DNA from: Chloroflexota bacterium
GTDB lineage: Bacteria; Chloroflexota; UBA11872; VXOZ01
Reading direction: 5' to 3'
DNA length: 64,000 bases
Assembly (NCBI GenBank): GCA_963663275.1
Contig: OY760183.1
Location: 2,496,001 to 2,560,000 of the forward strand
Positions within the stretch are counted from its first letter, which is position 1; each line of letters opens with the position of its first letter. The notes under the pieces are model-generated. The model had not been told where the DNA came from and ran no database searches. It was given only the letters and a program-made list of their open reading frames with translations. Shown here piece by piece: positions 1-9,603 of this stretch. The translations under genes were made by a program, and so were the position numbers.

Positions 1-2058
1 CGAGCCGCCATGCCGGCGCACGATGTCGCTGGACATGGCCAGGCCCAAGCCGGTTCCCTGGTCGGTCGGCTTGGTGGTGAAGAAGGGATTGAAAATCTTT
101 TCGATAACGTCCGGCGGAATGCCGGTGCCGTTGTCTTTGATGCGGATTTCGGCGTGCTCTTCTCCCCGGCGGGTCGAGAGCCAGACGGTTGGGCCGTAGT
201 CCGCGCCGCCGTCCGCCTGCTCGATGGCCCGGCGTCTCTCATCGGTGGCGTCGCAGGCGTTGCTGACCATATTCAGGAAGACGCGGCCCATGTCTTGCGG
301 TATGACCTCGATTTCGCCCATCTCCGGGTCCAGGTCTTGCTTCAAGTCCAACTGGAACTCTGTGTCGGCGGCGCGCTTGCTGTGGTAGGCCAGCCGGGCG
401 TGTTCATCGAGCAGATTGTTGATGTTGATAGCTTGCTGTCCGCCGGTGCCCCGGCCCATGGAAAGCATGTCGTGCACGATGCGGTTGGCGCGTTCGCCGT
501 GATTGCGAATGCGCTCCAGGTTGCCGGTGAGGTCGCCGGAGATTTCCTCGATGTACGACTGGTCGTCCTCGCTCAGTTCGCCGTCACTCTCGTCGAGGAT
601 TTCCTTGAGTTCGTCGAGCAGGTCCTCGGACGCCTCGGAGAAGTTCTTGACGAAATTGAGCGGATTCTTGATTTCGTGCGCCACGCCGGCGGTGAGTTCG
701 CCGAGCGCGGCCAGTTTTTCGCGCATGACGATCTGGTCTTGCGCCTTGCGCAGGTCGGCCAGCACGCTCTCTAGCTCATCGTTCTTGCCCTGCAACTCGT
801 TGGCGAGTTTTTCCACCAGGTTGAGGCGTTGCACTTCCAGCGCGTGCCGGCGGAAGACTTCCAGCGCCGCGGCCATCTCCGCCACCTCGTCCCGTCCGCT
901 GATCTCCACCTGGGACTCCAGGTTGCCGCCGGCCATCTCGCGCATCCAACCGGAAAGCATCTCGATTCGGTGCACCACCACCCGGCCGACGAAGAGCCAG
1001 ACGATCACGAGCGCGCCGAGAATACTGATGAGGCCGATCGCGAGCAGCAGGATACGGCCGGTGAGTATCGCCTGGGTGGACGCTTGCGTGGCTTCATCCA
1101 CGCTCTGGGAAGCCGCGTTTACCAGCCCTTCAACCTCGCCCAGGAGCTCATTGGCCAGGTCGCTGTTGCTCGCCAGCAGGCCGTTCCGATGCTCGACCAG
1201 CCGCAACTGACGCGCGCGCAATTCGAAGACGCTCTCCAACGCGAACAACTGCTCGAAAATCGGGGAGAGTTCGGCATGGAACGGTGAATCCACCAGCGCA
1301 AACAGGCTGCGTTCGACGCGGCTCTGGGCCGATTCGAATCGCTCTTTCAAGGGCTCGATTAAGGAAGACTGCGAAACGACGTAGGAGTTTGCCAGGAGTT
1401 CGGTGGCAACGTTGGCCTCTGTCTTCAAAATCTGGAGGTGATAGTAGCGAAAGATCTCCTCATCCGTGAAGTGCTCTTCGCGGGGCGCGGCCGCTGCCCC
1501 AAGCGCGCTGTATCCCGTAATGATGTAGAAGATCTGATTGTCGATTACCGGGATCAAGACGTCTTCCACGTCGCTCCGCACCTTCGTCAGTTCGCCCCGC
1601 AAGACATCGCTCTCTTCGTTCAGCGCGAACGACTCGGACATTCCTTCCTGAACCGAGTGGATGTTGGAGAAAAGGGCGTCGGCAAGTTCTTGGACGCGGG
1701 CAAACCGTTCGTCCCCGGCGTCGGCCTGCTCGAGGATGGCAAGCTGGGACTCGAGGGCCTGGTGCGACTCCTCGATGCCGGCGGCGACGCGGTTGAAGTC
1801 TTCCGTCGTGACCGCGTTCGTAAGGCGAGGCGCGGCCGCCACGAGGGCGTTGCTGTATTGCGCGACGCTAAACGCGGCCACCATCTCCGGCACGCGGCCC
1901 TCGTTTACACGCCGCTGCACGTCCCCTACCTGGTTGAACGAGAACCATCCCACCAGGCTGGCGGCGATGACGAGCGCCACCGCGCCGCCAATGCCCAGGT
2001 AGAGTTGCGTGGAAATCCGGTACCGGGTTTCGAGCAATCCCTTGAAGCGATCAATCAC
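1..2058 (-). CDS. Membrane sensor histidine kinase (TM, large extracytoplasmic domain, TM, HAMP, HisKA, HATPase); 3' end runs off the window
   Basis: Not in ORF track (no stop in window). Manual translation from GTG at 2058, which overlaps the upstream TGA: MIDRFKGLLETRYRISTQLYLGIGGAVALVIAASLVGWFSF. TM2/HAMP ILLLAIGLISILGALVIVWLFVGRVVVHRIEMLSGWMREMAGGNL; H-box KLAALGELTAGVAHEIKNPLNFV (His codon 676-678, same frame); N-box MVSNACDA. Confidence 0.9.
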   Translation of the reverse strand, partial: MIDRFKGLLETRYRISTQLYLGIGGAVALVIAASLVGWFSFNQVGDVQRRVNEGRVPEMVAAFSVAQYSNALVAAAPRLTNAVTTEDFNRVAAGIEESHQALESQLAILEQADAGDERFARVQELADALFSNIHSVQEGMSESFALNEESDVLRGELTKVRSDVEDVLIPVIDNQIFYIITGYSALGAAAAPREEHFTDEEIFRYYHLQILKTEANVATELLANSYVVSQSSLIEPLKERFESAQSRVERSLFALVDSPFHAELSPIFEQLFALESVFELRARQLRLVEHRNGLLASNSDLANELLGEVEGLVNAASQSVDEATQASTQAILTGRILLLAIGLISILGALVIVWLFVGRVVVHRIEMLSGWMREMAGGNLESQVEISGRDEVAEMAAALEVFRRHALEVQRLNLVEKLANELQGKNDELESVLADLRKAQDQIVMREKLAALGELTAGVAHEIKNPLNFVKNFSEASEDLLDELKEILDESDGELSEDDQSYIEEISGDLTGNLERIRNHGERANRIVHDMLSMGRGTGGQQAININNLLDEHARLAYHSKRAADTEFQLDLKQDLDPEMGEIEVIPQDMGRVFLNMVSNACDATDERRRAIEQADGGADYGPTVWLSTRRGEEHAEIRIKDNGTGIPPDVIEKIFNPFFTTKPTDQGTGLGLAMSSDIVRRHGGS

Positions 2059-3374
2059 CGCTCTACGTCCCGCAATGTGCTCACGGACTGATACGCGCCG
2101 TCCGAACCGATCATCGTCAAGAAAACTGAATCCGAGCCCTGATTATCTTCCATTCCGAAGAGGAGCGGGAACCCATTGAGATCAATCATGCCGGCGTTGC
2201 GCAAGCTATCCAGGAAGCAGTCGCGGGTAGGCTGTGGGCCGCAGCGCTCAAGGCCCTCGATTGCCAATCGGCCGGCAAGATAGCCTTCTAGTGAGACGAA
2301 ACTTGGATCATGCCACCCGGACAGTTCGCGCACGGCGCGCAGGTAATCCTTGACAATTTGCACAGAGTCATCCGTGGGAAACGGCACCACCTGCGTCACG
2401 AACACGCCGGCGCCGGCCGGCCCGAGTTCCTGCGCCAAGGCGTTGCTGCCAACGAAGGAGACGGTCATGAAAATCGGGTCGAAACCGGTGTGCCGCGCCC
2501 AGGCGATGAAAGCGGCGACCGGCTTATACGCGCCGATCATGATGACCGCTTCGGGTTCGCCGCGGCGAATGTCCAGCAGCGCCGCCTTGACGGCCGTCGT
2601 ATTGCGCGTATACACCCCGATGGACACCATTTCCATATCGCGCTTCTCCAGCGCCAGCCGCACGCCGTTATAGCCCGCGCGACCGTAGGAATCGTCCTGG
2701 TACAGCACGGCGATGCGCGTGACGCCCAAGTCGGTGGTCAGGCGTTCCACCATCTCTTCCGTCTCTTGATAGTAGGAGGCGCGCAAGTTGATTACGTTGA
2801 CCAAGGCCTTATTGCGTAGAAGCTCAGCGCCGGTGAAGGGAGCGATATAGGGTACACCCGCATCGAAAGCAACCGGCACCGCGGAGCGCGACGTTGGCGT
2901 GCCAACCGCGCCGATGAGGGCAAAGACATTCGTATCCTCGATGAGACTGAGCGTGTTGGCGATGGCGGCTTCCGGCTCGTAGGCATCGTCGAGGGAGTAG
3001 AGGATCAACTCGCGCCCGTGCACGCCGCCGCACGGCCGGGTCTGCGTTTCCCCTTCGCGCAACGTGGGGCAGGGCTGGTTGGCCTCATGGAAGGCCGCCC
3101 TGATGCCAAACTCCATGTTGATGCCGAGTTCTTCAGCGGGGCCGCTGAAGGCCGCGGACTGGCCGAAGAGGATTTGCTTCTCGGAGACACCCGGGGCAAA
3201 GTCCGTGATTTCGGTAACGGTCCCGGGAGTCGGTGTCGCAACCACCGCCGTGGACGCGCCGTCTGAATCGGAGGCAGAACAACCAACCAGAAGGATGGCT
3301 ACGAGAAGTCCCGCAACCGCTTTGATGCCGACGCCAATCAGCCGGGCGGCCGACGGGCGGGAGACCTTCATCAT
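2055..3374 (-). CDS. Type 1 periplasmic-binding-fold (LivJ/LivK-like) substrate-binding lipoprotein
   Basis: Lipobox LLVGC; GQSAAFSGP, LDDAYEP, IGAVGTPTS, LRASYYQE, YQDDSYG motifs. No permease or ATPase adjacent. Confidence 0.85.
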   Translation of the reverse strand: MMKVSRPSAARLIGVGIKAVAGLLVAILLVGCSASDSDGASTAVVATPTPGTVTEITDFAPGVSEKQILFGQSAAFSGPAEELGINMEFGIRAAFHEANQPCPTLREGETQTRPCGGVHGRELILYSLDDAYEPEAAIANTLSLIEDTNVFALIGAVGTPTSRSAVPVAFDAGVPYIAPFTGAELLRNKALVNVINLRASYYQETEEMVERLTTDLGVTRIAVLYQDDSYGRAGYNGVRLALEKRDMEMVSIGVYTRNTTAVKAALLDIRRGEPEAVIMIGAYKPVAAFIAWARHTGFDPIFMTVSFVGSNALAQELGPAGAGVFVTQVVPFPTDDSVQIVKDYLRAVRELSGWHDPSFVSLEGYLAGRLAIEGLERCGPQPTRDCFLDSLRNAGMIDLNGFPLLFGMEDNQGSDSVFLTMIGSDGAYQSVSTLRDVER

Positions 3375-3799
3375 TTTACTAAGCTCGTAACCATGGTCAG
3401 GTGGTTCTTGCCCTGCTCCCGCCGGTACTGCACGTCGTCCATCATCGTGCGCACGAGATGGACGCCCAGACCGCCAATGTGCCGGTCTTCAAGCTCGGCG
3501 TTCACGTCGGGCTCGGGAGCGTCGTGCAAGGGGTCGAAGGGGCGGCCGTCGTCAACGACCTCGATCGTGAGGGCGCTATCATCCGCGGTGAGATTGATCT
3601 CAATCTCATGCCGGCCGCTTTCGTGAGCGTAGTTCATGACGTTGATGACGATCTCTTCCAGCGCCAGATTGACCTTGAATACAAGGTCGAGGGGCCAGTC
3701 CGCGCCCATGCCGAATTCCTCGACCGCGGCCGCGACGCTTTCCAACTCTTCTTGTCTGTTCTCGACCTTGAGGCGCAATTCGGTACTCAACGCTTTCAC
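3371..3799 (-). CDS. Anti-sigma factor Ser/Thr kinase (RsbW/SpoIIAB-like)
   Basis: LALEEIVINVMNYA N-box, VDDGRPFDP, GGLGVHLVRTMMDDVQY. Confidence 0.9.
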   Translation of the reverse strand: MKALSTELRLKVENRQEELESVAAAVEEFGMGADWPLDLVFKVNLALEEIVINVMNYAHESGRHEIEINLTADDSALTIEVVDDGRPFDPLHDAPEPDVNAELEDRHIGGLGVHLVRTMMDDVQYRREQGKNHLTMVTSLVK

Positions 3800-4956
3800 T
3801 CGCTCCGGCTCAGTGCTAGGCAGGTTATGTCGTCGGACTGCGGCGTCTCGCCGGCAAACTCCCTGACGGCGGCAAACACGGCCTCGTTCGCCGCTTCCGG
3901 GTCCTGGGGGGCAACGGTGGCAAACACCTCCTGAAGACGGTCTTCGCCAAACTCTTCGCCGTCGGCGTTCATCGCCTCCGTCACACCGTCCGTATAGAGA
4001 AACACGGTCTCACCGGGCGCCAGTGTTACGGAAGACTCCTGGTAAGGGAGACCGGGCATCACGCCCAGCGCGATTCCTTTTGTCAAGGGAAGGAACGTCG
4101 AACTGCCGTCGGGTCGAACGATAAGGGGACTGTTGTGGCCGCCGTTCGCGAAGGAAAGCTCCCCGCTCAGCGGATTGTACACGGTGTAGAAGACGGTAAC
4201 GAACATGCCGGCGTCGTTGTCCTCTTCCAGCAATTCGTTGACCTCGCCGAGCACTTTGCCCGGGTCGCCGATGCCAATGGCGGAACCCTTGAGCAGCGTG
4301 CGCGTGGACATCATGAAGAGCGCGGCCGGCACACCTTTGTCCGATACGTCCGCGATTGCCAGGCCGACGAAGCCGTCTTCCATGTGAAACACGTCGAAGA
4401 AGTCACCGCCCACGTTGCGCGCGGGATCCATGCTTCCATAGATGCGGTAGTTGTCGCCCTGGGCAAACTCGGTGGGGAGAATCGACTGCTGAATCTGGCT
4501 GGCGACGTTGAGTTCGTTCTGCAGCGCGACCAGCTTATCGCGCGACGAAAGCGCCTCGCGCCACTCCGTCATGTGGTTGAGCGTTCTGTCGATCGTGATC
4601 TTCAGGTCCGCGAAGTCCAGCGGCTTGGTAACGAAGTCGAACGCGCCCCGGTTCATCGCCGTGCGGATGTTCTTCATGTCCCCGTAAGCGGAGACGATGA
4701 CAGAGCGGATGTTAGGATCGACTTTGGGAATCTGCTCGAGCAGCGTCAGGCCGTCCATGCGGGGCATATTGATGTCCGACAGCACCATGTCGATGGTGTC
4801 GTCTTCAGTCAGGCGCTCCAGCGCCTCGATTCCGTTTTGCGCAAAGACGAACGTATAGCGACCCGCGCGAATGTGGCGCCGCATACGCTGCAGCATTAGG
4901 GGTTCAAGATCCGGTTCGTCATCGACGACGAGGATCTTATACGGTGGCTCCATCAT
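3796..4956 (-). CDS. Receiver domain + SpoIIE/PP2C phosphatase (RsbU/RsbY-like)
   Basis: REC: ILVVDDE, LSDINMPRMDG, FVTKP. PP2C: VGGDFFD, IADVSDKG, ANGGH, YTDGVTEA, SDDIT. Confidence 0.92.
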   Translation of the reverse strand: MMEPPYKILVVDDEPDLEPLMLQRMRRHIRAGRYTFVFAQNGIEALERLTEDDTIDMVLSDINMPRMDGLTLLEQIPKVDPNIRSVIVSAYGDMKNIRTAMNRGAFDFVTKPLDFADLKITIDRTLNHMTEWREALSSRDKLVALQNELNVASQIQQSILPTEFAQGDNYRIYGSMDPARNVGGDFFDVFHMEDGFVGLAIADVSDKGVPAALFMMSTRTLLKGSAIGIGDPGKVLGEVNELLEEDNDAGMFVTVFYTVYNPLSGELSFANGGHNSPLIVRPDGSSTFLPLTKGIALGVMPGLPYQESSVTLAPGETVFLYTDGVTEAMNADGEEFGEDRLQEVFATVAPQDPEAANEAVFAAVREFAGETPQSDDITCLALSRSE

Positions 4957-5068
4957 TCCCCTCTTAAATGCAATTCTACGCTCGGCTCGTCAAGCGGCTT
5001 CGCGTCGCGTACTCGCGCCGCTGAGTGCATCGCCGGCCAATTAGTCGGCAAGTACGACGCGGGTTTGT

Positions 5069-5407
5069 TCAGCCCTGGAGTGCGGAAATGGCGTCGGGCG
5101 GAGAGTCGTGGACGGGAATAATCTGATCGAACCCGCTAATCTCGAAGATTTCGCGGATCGACTCCGAAAGCGAGCACACGGCAAACTTCGCGCCCTGCTT
5201 TTGAAGAGACTTGGCGGTAAGCAAGATGACGCGCAAACCGGCGCTACTAATGTAAGAGACTTCCTCAAGATCCAGAACCACAGCGCTCTCGCTCGCATCG
5301 ATCGCGGCATCCAACGCATCCTGGAATTCACGGGCATTGGCCCCGTCGATGCGACCCTCAGTCTTGGCTATCAGCGTGTTATCCTGCCGCTCGGTGGTGA
5401 CTCCCAT
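5069..5407 (-). CDS. STAS-domain anti-sigma factor antagonist (RsbV/SpoIIAA-like)
   Basis: GRIDGANA, LDLEEVSYISSAGLRVIL with phosphoacceptor Ser, IFEISGF; AAGGAG RBS upstream. Confidence 0.92.
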   Translation of the reverse strand: MGVTTERQDNTLIAKTEGRIDGANAREFQDALDAAIDASESAVVLDLEEVSYISSAGLRVILLTAKSLQKQGAKFAVCSLSESIREIFEISGFDQIIPVHDSPPDAISALQG

Positions 5408-6040
5408 TGGGCATGTCTCCTTAGAAAAGCTACGACTTTGCTCCCTGCCAACCGCAATGCTCGATCTGCACCATCGGCTATCGAACCGCCTCTGCCACGA
5501 CTAACCCACAGGATCTCGCCTCGTAGGATACACAATTGCTTGGCGCCCTTAGCGCCGCCGCCGCATTGGATTCCTACCCAACGAGTATACTATATCACTT
5601 TCGTTAATATTTCTCCGCAAGACCCAAGGGCCGCCGTGTGTTCACAGAGTCGTGACGGCATCTTCTCGTTGGCTTTGTCTGGCGCAGCATATTTGCGCCG
5701 TCTACCGTGGAAGTGCCGCACAGTGACCGTACCAAATTGCTTGCTCCGTGTCAAATATATGCTGTGTCAATAGACTCGCAGGTCACCGCGCGCGTCTTAT
5801 AGGAAATTGCGGTGTCGCTTGAGGCCCGGCGGTGCTTCTAGCGCAACCCACCTCTCCGCCGGCCGCCGCTGCCCTTGCGCCGATGATTCCCTCCCGAGCC
5901 ACCCGCCGGGAGAGACAGGGGGCAAACCTGAGCGGCCGCGCCCCCAACACTGTACACTGCTATGGAACCGGCGCGTGAACGCGGTTCCGCAAAGCGGATC
6001 AGTCCCAATTCTTGGAAAGCCAGGTTCTCACCCGGGTGAC

Positions 6041-6901
6041 ATGCGTATCCTCATTACCGGAGGCAACGGGCAACTCGCGCGCGACCTGACTCGCGCGCTT
6101 GTCGACCATGACGTGCGACCGCTCCCCCGGCAAGCGTTGGACATCTGCGACCACGCTCAAGCGGCCGCGGTGGTGCGCTCTATCGCGCCGGACGCGCTGA
6201 TCAACACGGCGGCCTTCCACCGGGTTGACGATTGCGAAACGGAGCAAGAGGCGGCCTTTGCCGCCAATGCCCTCGCCGTGCGCCGCCTGGCGCAACTCTG
6301 CGCGGAACGAAACGCGGCGTTCGTGCACTTCAGCACGGACTACGTCTTTGGCGGCCAGCGGAAGCGCGCACCGTTGACCGAGGAGGACCCGCCCGCGCCG
6401 CTCTCAGTCTACGGCGCTTCCAAGTTGGCCGGCGAATACCTGGCGGGACTCACGTGGCGGCGGTCGCTGATAGTCCGCACCTGCGGCCTCTACGGCGCGG
6501 GCGGCAACTTCGTCCGGACGATGCTGCAAAAAGCCCGGGAAGGCGCCGCGCTCAGGGTTGTGGACGACCAAGTGTGCACACCCACCTCTACCAGAGACCT
6601 GGCGGAGAAGGTAGCGTGGCTGCTGGCGCAAGAAGCAGCCGGAGTCGTGCACGTCACGAACGCGGGTTCGTGCACGTGGTACACATTCGCCAAAGCAATT
6701 TTCGCCACGGCGGGCATCAGGGCAAACCTCACGCCCGCAACGTCCGGCGAGCACGCCGCCCCGGCGGCGCGTCCACCGTACTCGGTGCTGGCCCACGCGC
6801 GGCTCGCCGCGCTCGGCCAAGACGATATGCGCCCCTGGCAAGATGCCCTCGACGCTTACTTGAAAGCGGCGGGAATCTCTTGGACTGAGCAGTCCCGATA
6901 A
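6041..6901 (+). CDS. rfbD: dTDP-4-dehydrorhamnose reductase
   Basis: MRILITGGNGQLA, HFSTDYVF, YGASKLAGE, VVDDQVCTPT, AARPPYSVL; start moved to ATG 6041. Confidence 0.9.
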   Translation: MRILITGGNGQLARDLTRALVDHDVRPLPRQALDICDHAQAAAVVRSIAPDALINTAAFHRVDDCETEQEAAFAANALAVRRLAQLCAERNAAFVHFSTDYVFGGQRKRAPLTEEDPPAPLSVYGASKLAGEYLAGLTWRRSLIVRTCGLYGAGGNFVRTMLQKAREGAALRVVDDQVCTPTSTRDLAEKVAWLLAQEAAGVVHVTNAGSCTWYTFAKAIFATAGIRANLTPATSGEHAAPAARPPYSVLAHARLAALGQDDMRPWQDALDAYLKAAGISWTEQSR

Positions 6902-6917
6902 GAGGTTCAGCGGTGAT

Positions 6918-7712
6918 TCAGTCGAGGCGATAGGGATAGCAGACCGGCTGCCGGGTGACCGGATCGCTGCCAATGCGCGCCCCTATCCCGAATACTTCCC
7001 GCAGCACGTCTGCCCGGATCACGTCTGCCGTCGGCCCGTCGGCGTAGACGCCGCCCGCCTTCAGCGCGATCAGGCGCGGGCAGTAACGCGCCGCCAGGTT
7101 CAAGTCGTGCAGCACGACAATGACGGTAATCTTGCGCGTTCGGTTCAGTTCCGCGATAAGGTCCATTACTTCCAACTGATGGCCGAGATCGAGGAACGTG
7201 ACCGGTTCGTCGAGCAGCATTACGCGCGGCTGCTGCGCGAGCGCCAGCGCAATCCACGCCTTCTGCCGTTCGCCGCCGGACAAGGCGGACAACTCCCGCT
7301 CAGCGAAGTCTTCGAGCCGGCAGGATTGTATCGTCTCGTGGATGACCTTACGGTCGCGCATCCCAAAGCGTTGTAGCCAGGAGATGTGCGGATAGCGGCC
7401 GTAACCCACAAGGTCACGCACGGTGAGCCCCGGAGGCGCCGCGGGCGCTTGCGCCATGACCGCCATGCGCCGCGCAACCCTCTGCGGCGGGTACGAGCCG
7501 ATGTCCTCTCCATCGAGATGGACCGCGCCGCTCCTGGGCTTCACCAGCCCGCCCATGACCTTGAGCAGCGTGGACTTGCCCGAACCGTTGCACCCGATGA
7601 CGCCCACCATCTCACCGGCCGCGACGTGAACGTCTACGTTCGCCAGCACCGGGTCCTGTGCATAGGCGGCGGTGACGCCCATTACGCTGATTTCAGTTTC
7701 TGACGCGCCCAC
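6918..7712 (-). CDS. ABC transporter ATP-binding protein, iron-siderophore/cobalamin family (FepC/FhuC-like)
   Basis: Walker A GCNGSGKST, LSGGERQ, LLDEPVTFLDLGHQ, LHDLNLA; likely start GTG 7712 just after the upstream stop. Confidence 0.9.
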   Translation of the reverse strand: MGASETEISVMGVTAAYAQDPVLANVDVHVAAGEMVGVIGCNGSGKSTLLKVMGGLVKPRSGAVHLDGEDIGSYPPQRVARRMAVMAQAPAAPPGLTVRDLVGYGRYPHISWLQRFGMRDRKVIHETIQSCRLEDFAERELSALSGGERQKAWIALALAQQPRVMLLDEPVTFLDLGHQLEVMDLIAELNRTRKITVIVVLHDLNLAARYCPRLIALKAGGVYADGPTADVIRADVLREVFGIGARIGSDPVTRQPVCYPYRLD

Positions 7713-7713
7713 G

Positions 7714-8457
7714 TCAGTCCGCTGCCTTAACCGTCGCATTGCGCATTGCTTGAAAGTGCCTCTCCACAGACCCGCCGGCCAACATGCTCCCTATCAGGAC
7801 AAGCCAGAGCACAAAGGCGGTCCCGTTGATTGGATGCATGAAGGTGGCGGCGTCAATCCAAATGAACTGCATCGCCAAGCCGACAATAGCCGATACGGGC
7901 GAGAGGCGGCGCAGTTTGCCGCCGCCCTTCCATTGTTGCCGCGCCGCGACCAGCAATGCCAGTCCGGCCAGCGCAAAACCGATCTTGCCGGCTAACCAGC
8001 GGAAGAGGTCGATAGTCTCGGTCGCGGCGCCGGTCGCCAGGAGCGCGGGGTCGGACGCGGCGGGCGCGGTGACCGCCAGCGCCGCCGCCGAAGCCCCCGA
8101 GATCGCCGTGAACACTCCCGATACGACAAAGAGAGTTGGTACCAGGGACGCGCCCCAGCCTTCGCGGACAATCCACGTTTTGGCAAGGAAACGCGCCCCG
8201 GCAATTAGCGTAATCGCCGAAACAAGCCGCGCCACGCCGCCCGCACCGTAGAGAACCCAATTCTCCGCTATGACTTCCAGCGACTCCGCCAGCGTAGGCT
8301 GGTCGGCGTCCGCGGCGACACGCGCCGCCACCGCCAGCACAGTGGCTGCCGCCATGAGGATGAGCAGAATACCGGCAACGCGAGCGGCGGGATCTCGTGC
8401 CAGTCCCGCCTCGCTCTCCCGCAGGCCTCGAGACTCCGATTTCTGCGAATCTTCCAT
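7714..8457 (-). CDS. Multi-pass membrane protein (DUF4386-like)
   Basis: About 6 hydrophobic helices, C-terminal FVLWLVLIG; lies within the ABC operon. Confidence 0.6.
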   Translation of the reverse strand: MEDSQKSESRGLRESEAGLARDPAARVAGILLILMAAATVLAVAARVAADADQPTLAESLEVIAENWVLYGAGGVARLVSAITLIAGARFLAKTWIVREGWGASLVPTLFVVSGVFTAISGASAAALAVTAPAASDPALLATGAATETIDLFRWLAGKIGFALAGLALLVAARQQWKGGGKLRRLSPVSAIVGLAMQFIWIDAATFMHPINGTAFVLWLVLIGSMLAGGSVERHFQAMRNATVKAAD

Positions 8458-8538
8458 TTCGCCAGTCTCCAGTCGGATTGGTGTTTAGTGATGAATCGCT
8501 TCCTCGATTGCCGCGCGGCGCCGTCCGAACCGCACGCG

Positions 8539-9600
8539 CTAAAGATTTCTGCCTCCGACGAAGCGCGCTCTATATAGCATAAATACGAAGAAGGGGCCGC
8601 CGATGAGCGCCGTGATGACGCCCACCGGCAATTCCAGCGGCGCCAGCACCATGCGCGCGCCCAGGTCCGCCCAAACGATCAAGGCGGCGCCGCCGACGGC
8701 CGAGGCCGGCACGAGATAGGCGTGATTGCGGCCGCCCAGCAGCCGCATGACGTGAGGCACGATGAGACCGACAAACCCTACAAGCCCTGCCACGCTGACG
8801 GCGGAGGCAGCCAAGAGCGCCGCCATCGCCATTGCCAGGAAACGGGCTCGTTCGATACGGACTCCAAGCGACTGGGCGGTTTCGTCGCCCAGTTGCATGA
8901 CGTTGAGTTGGCGGACGAGCAGGATTCCGCCAACAATGCCGATTACGCTGTAAGGCCAGACGAGTTCGAGATGGCCCCAACTCCGTCCCACGAGATTCCC
9001 CGCCAGCCAGAGCACCACCGACTGGACGCGGTCGCTGAACACGGTCAACATGCCGGTGGTGAACGCGCCCAGCATCGTCGTCACGGCCACACCCGCCAAG
9101 ACCATGCGCACGGGCGACGTGCCGGTTCCCGGCTGCCAGGAGAGGAGATAGACCAATGTCGACGACGCCAAAGCGCCGAGGAAGGCAATGGGCGGCAAGA
9201 GCGCGCCAATACCCGGCAGCAAGATCAACACCACCGCGGCCGCCAGACCGGCCCCGGCCGTGACTCCCACGATCGTCGGGGCCGCCAGCGGATTGCGCAT
9301 AATGCCCTGGAGGAGAACCCCGGCCACGGCGAAATTCATGCCTACCAGGCCGCCGACGAGAGCGCGAGGCACCCGCAAATTCCACACGATCTGGCGCGGA
9401 ACGTGCTCCGAGTCTCCAAGGAGGGCCGCCCACACCTCGCCCGGCCCGATGGGGACCGCTCCCAGCGCCAGCGACATCACCATACCGGCGATGAGCAGCG
9501 CCAGGCAAGAGCCGATGATTGCAAATTGCCGGACGCTGCGAGGCTGTGGCGGGGGCGGCGGTGGCGGCGCGTCAACGCCAGTCGCATCCTCTGGGCTCAT
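8539..9600 (-). CDS. FecCD-family ABC transporter permease
   Basis: LRVPRAL, LQGIMRNPLAAP, LGDETAQSLG, VGFVGLIVPH, ELPVGVITALIGGPFF. Confidence 0.93.
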   Translation of the reverse strand: MSPEDATGVDAPPPPPPPQPRSVRQFAIIGSCLALLIAGMVMSLALGAVPIGPGEVWAALLGDSEHVPRQIVWNLRVPRALVGGLVGMNFAVAGVLLQGIMRNPLAAPTIVGVTAGAGLAAAVVLILLPGIGALLPPIAFLGALASSTLVYLLSWQPGTGTSPVRMVLAGVAVTTMLGAFTTGMLTVFSDRVQSVVLWLAGNLVGRSWGHLELVWPYSVIGIVGGILLVRQLNVMQLGDETAQSLGVRIERARFLAMAMAALLAASAVSVAGLVGFVGLIVPHVMRLLGGRNHAYLVPASAVGGAALIVWADLGARMVLAPLELPVGVITALIGGPFFVFMLYRARFVGGRNL

Positions 9601-9603
9601 GCC

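Noticed and set aside
10-2091. Plus-strand ORFs 10-774, 503-1210, 829-1287, 1438-2091
   Set aside because: Antisense shadows of the minus-strand histidine kinase, which has clear H-box, N-box and HAMP motifs.
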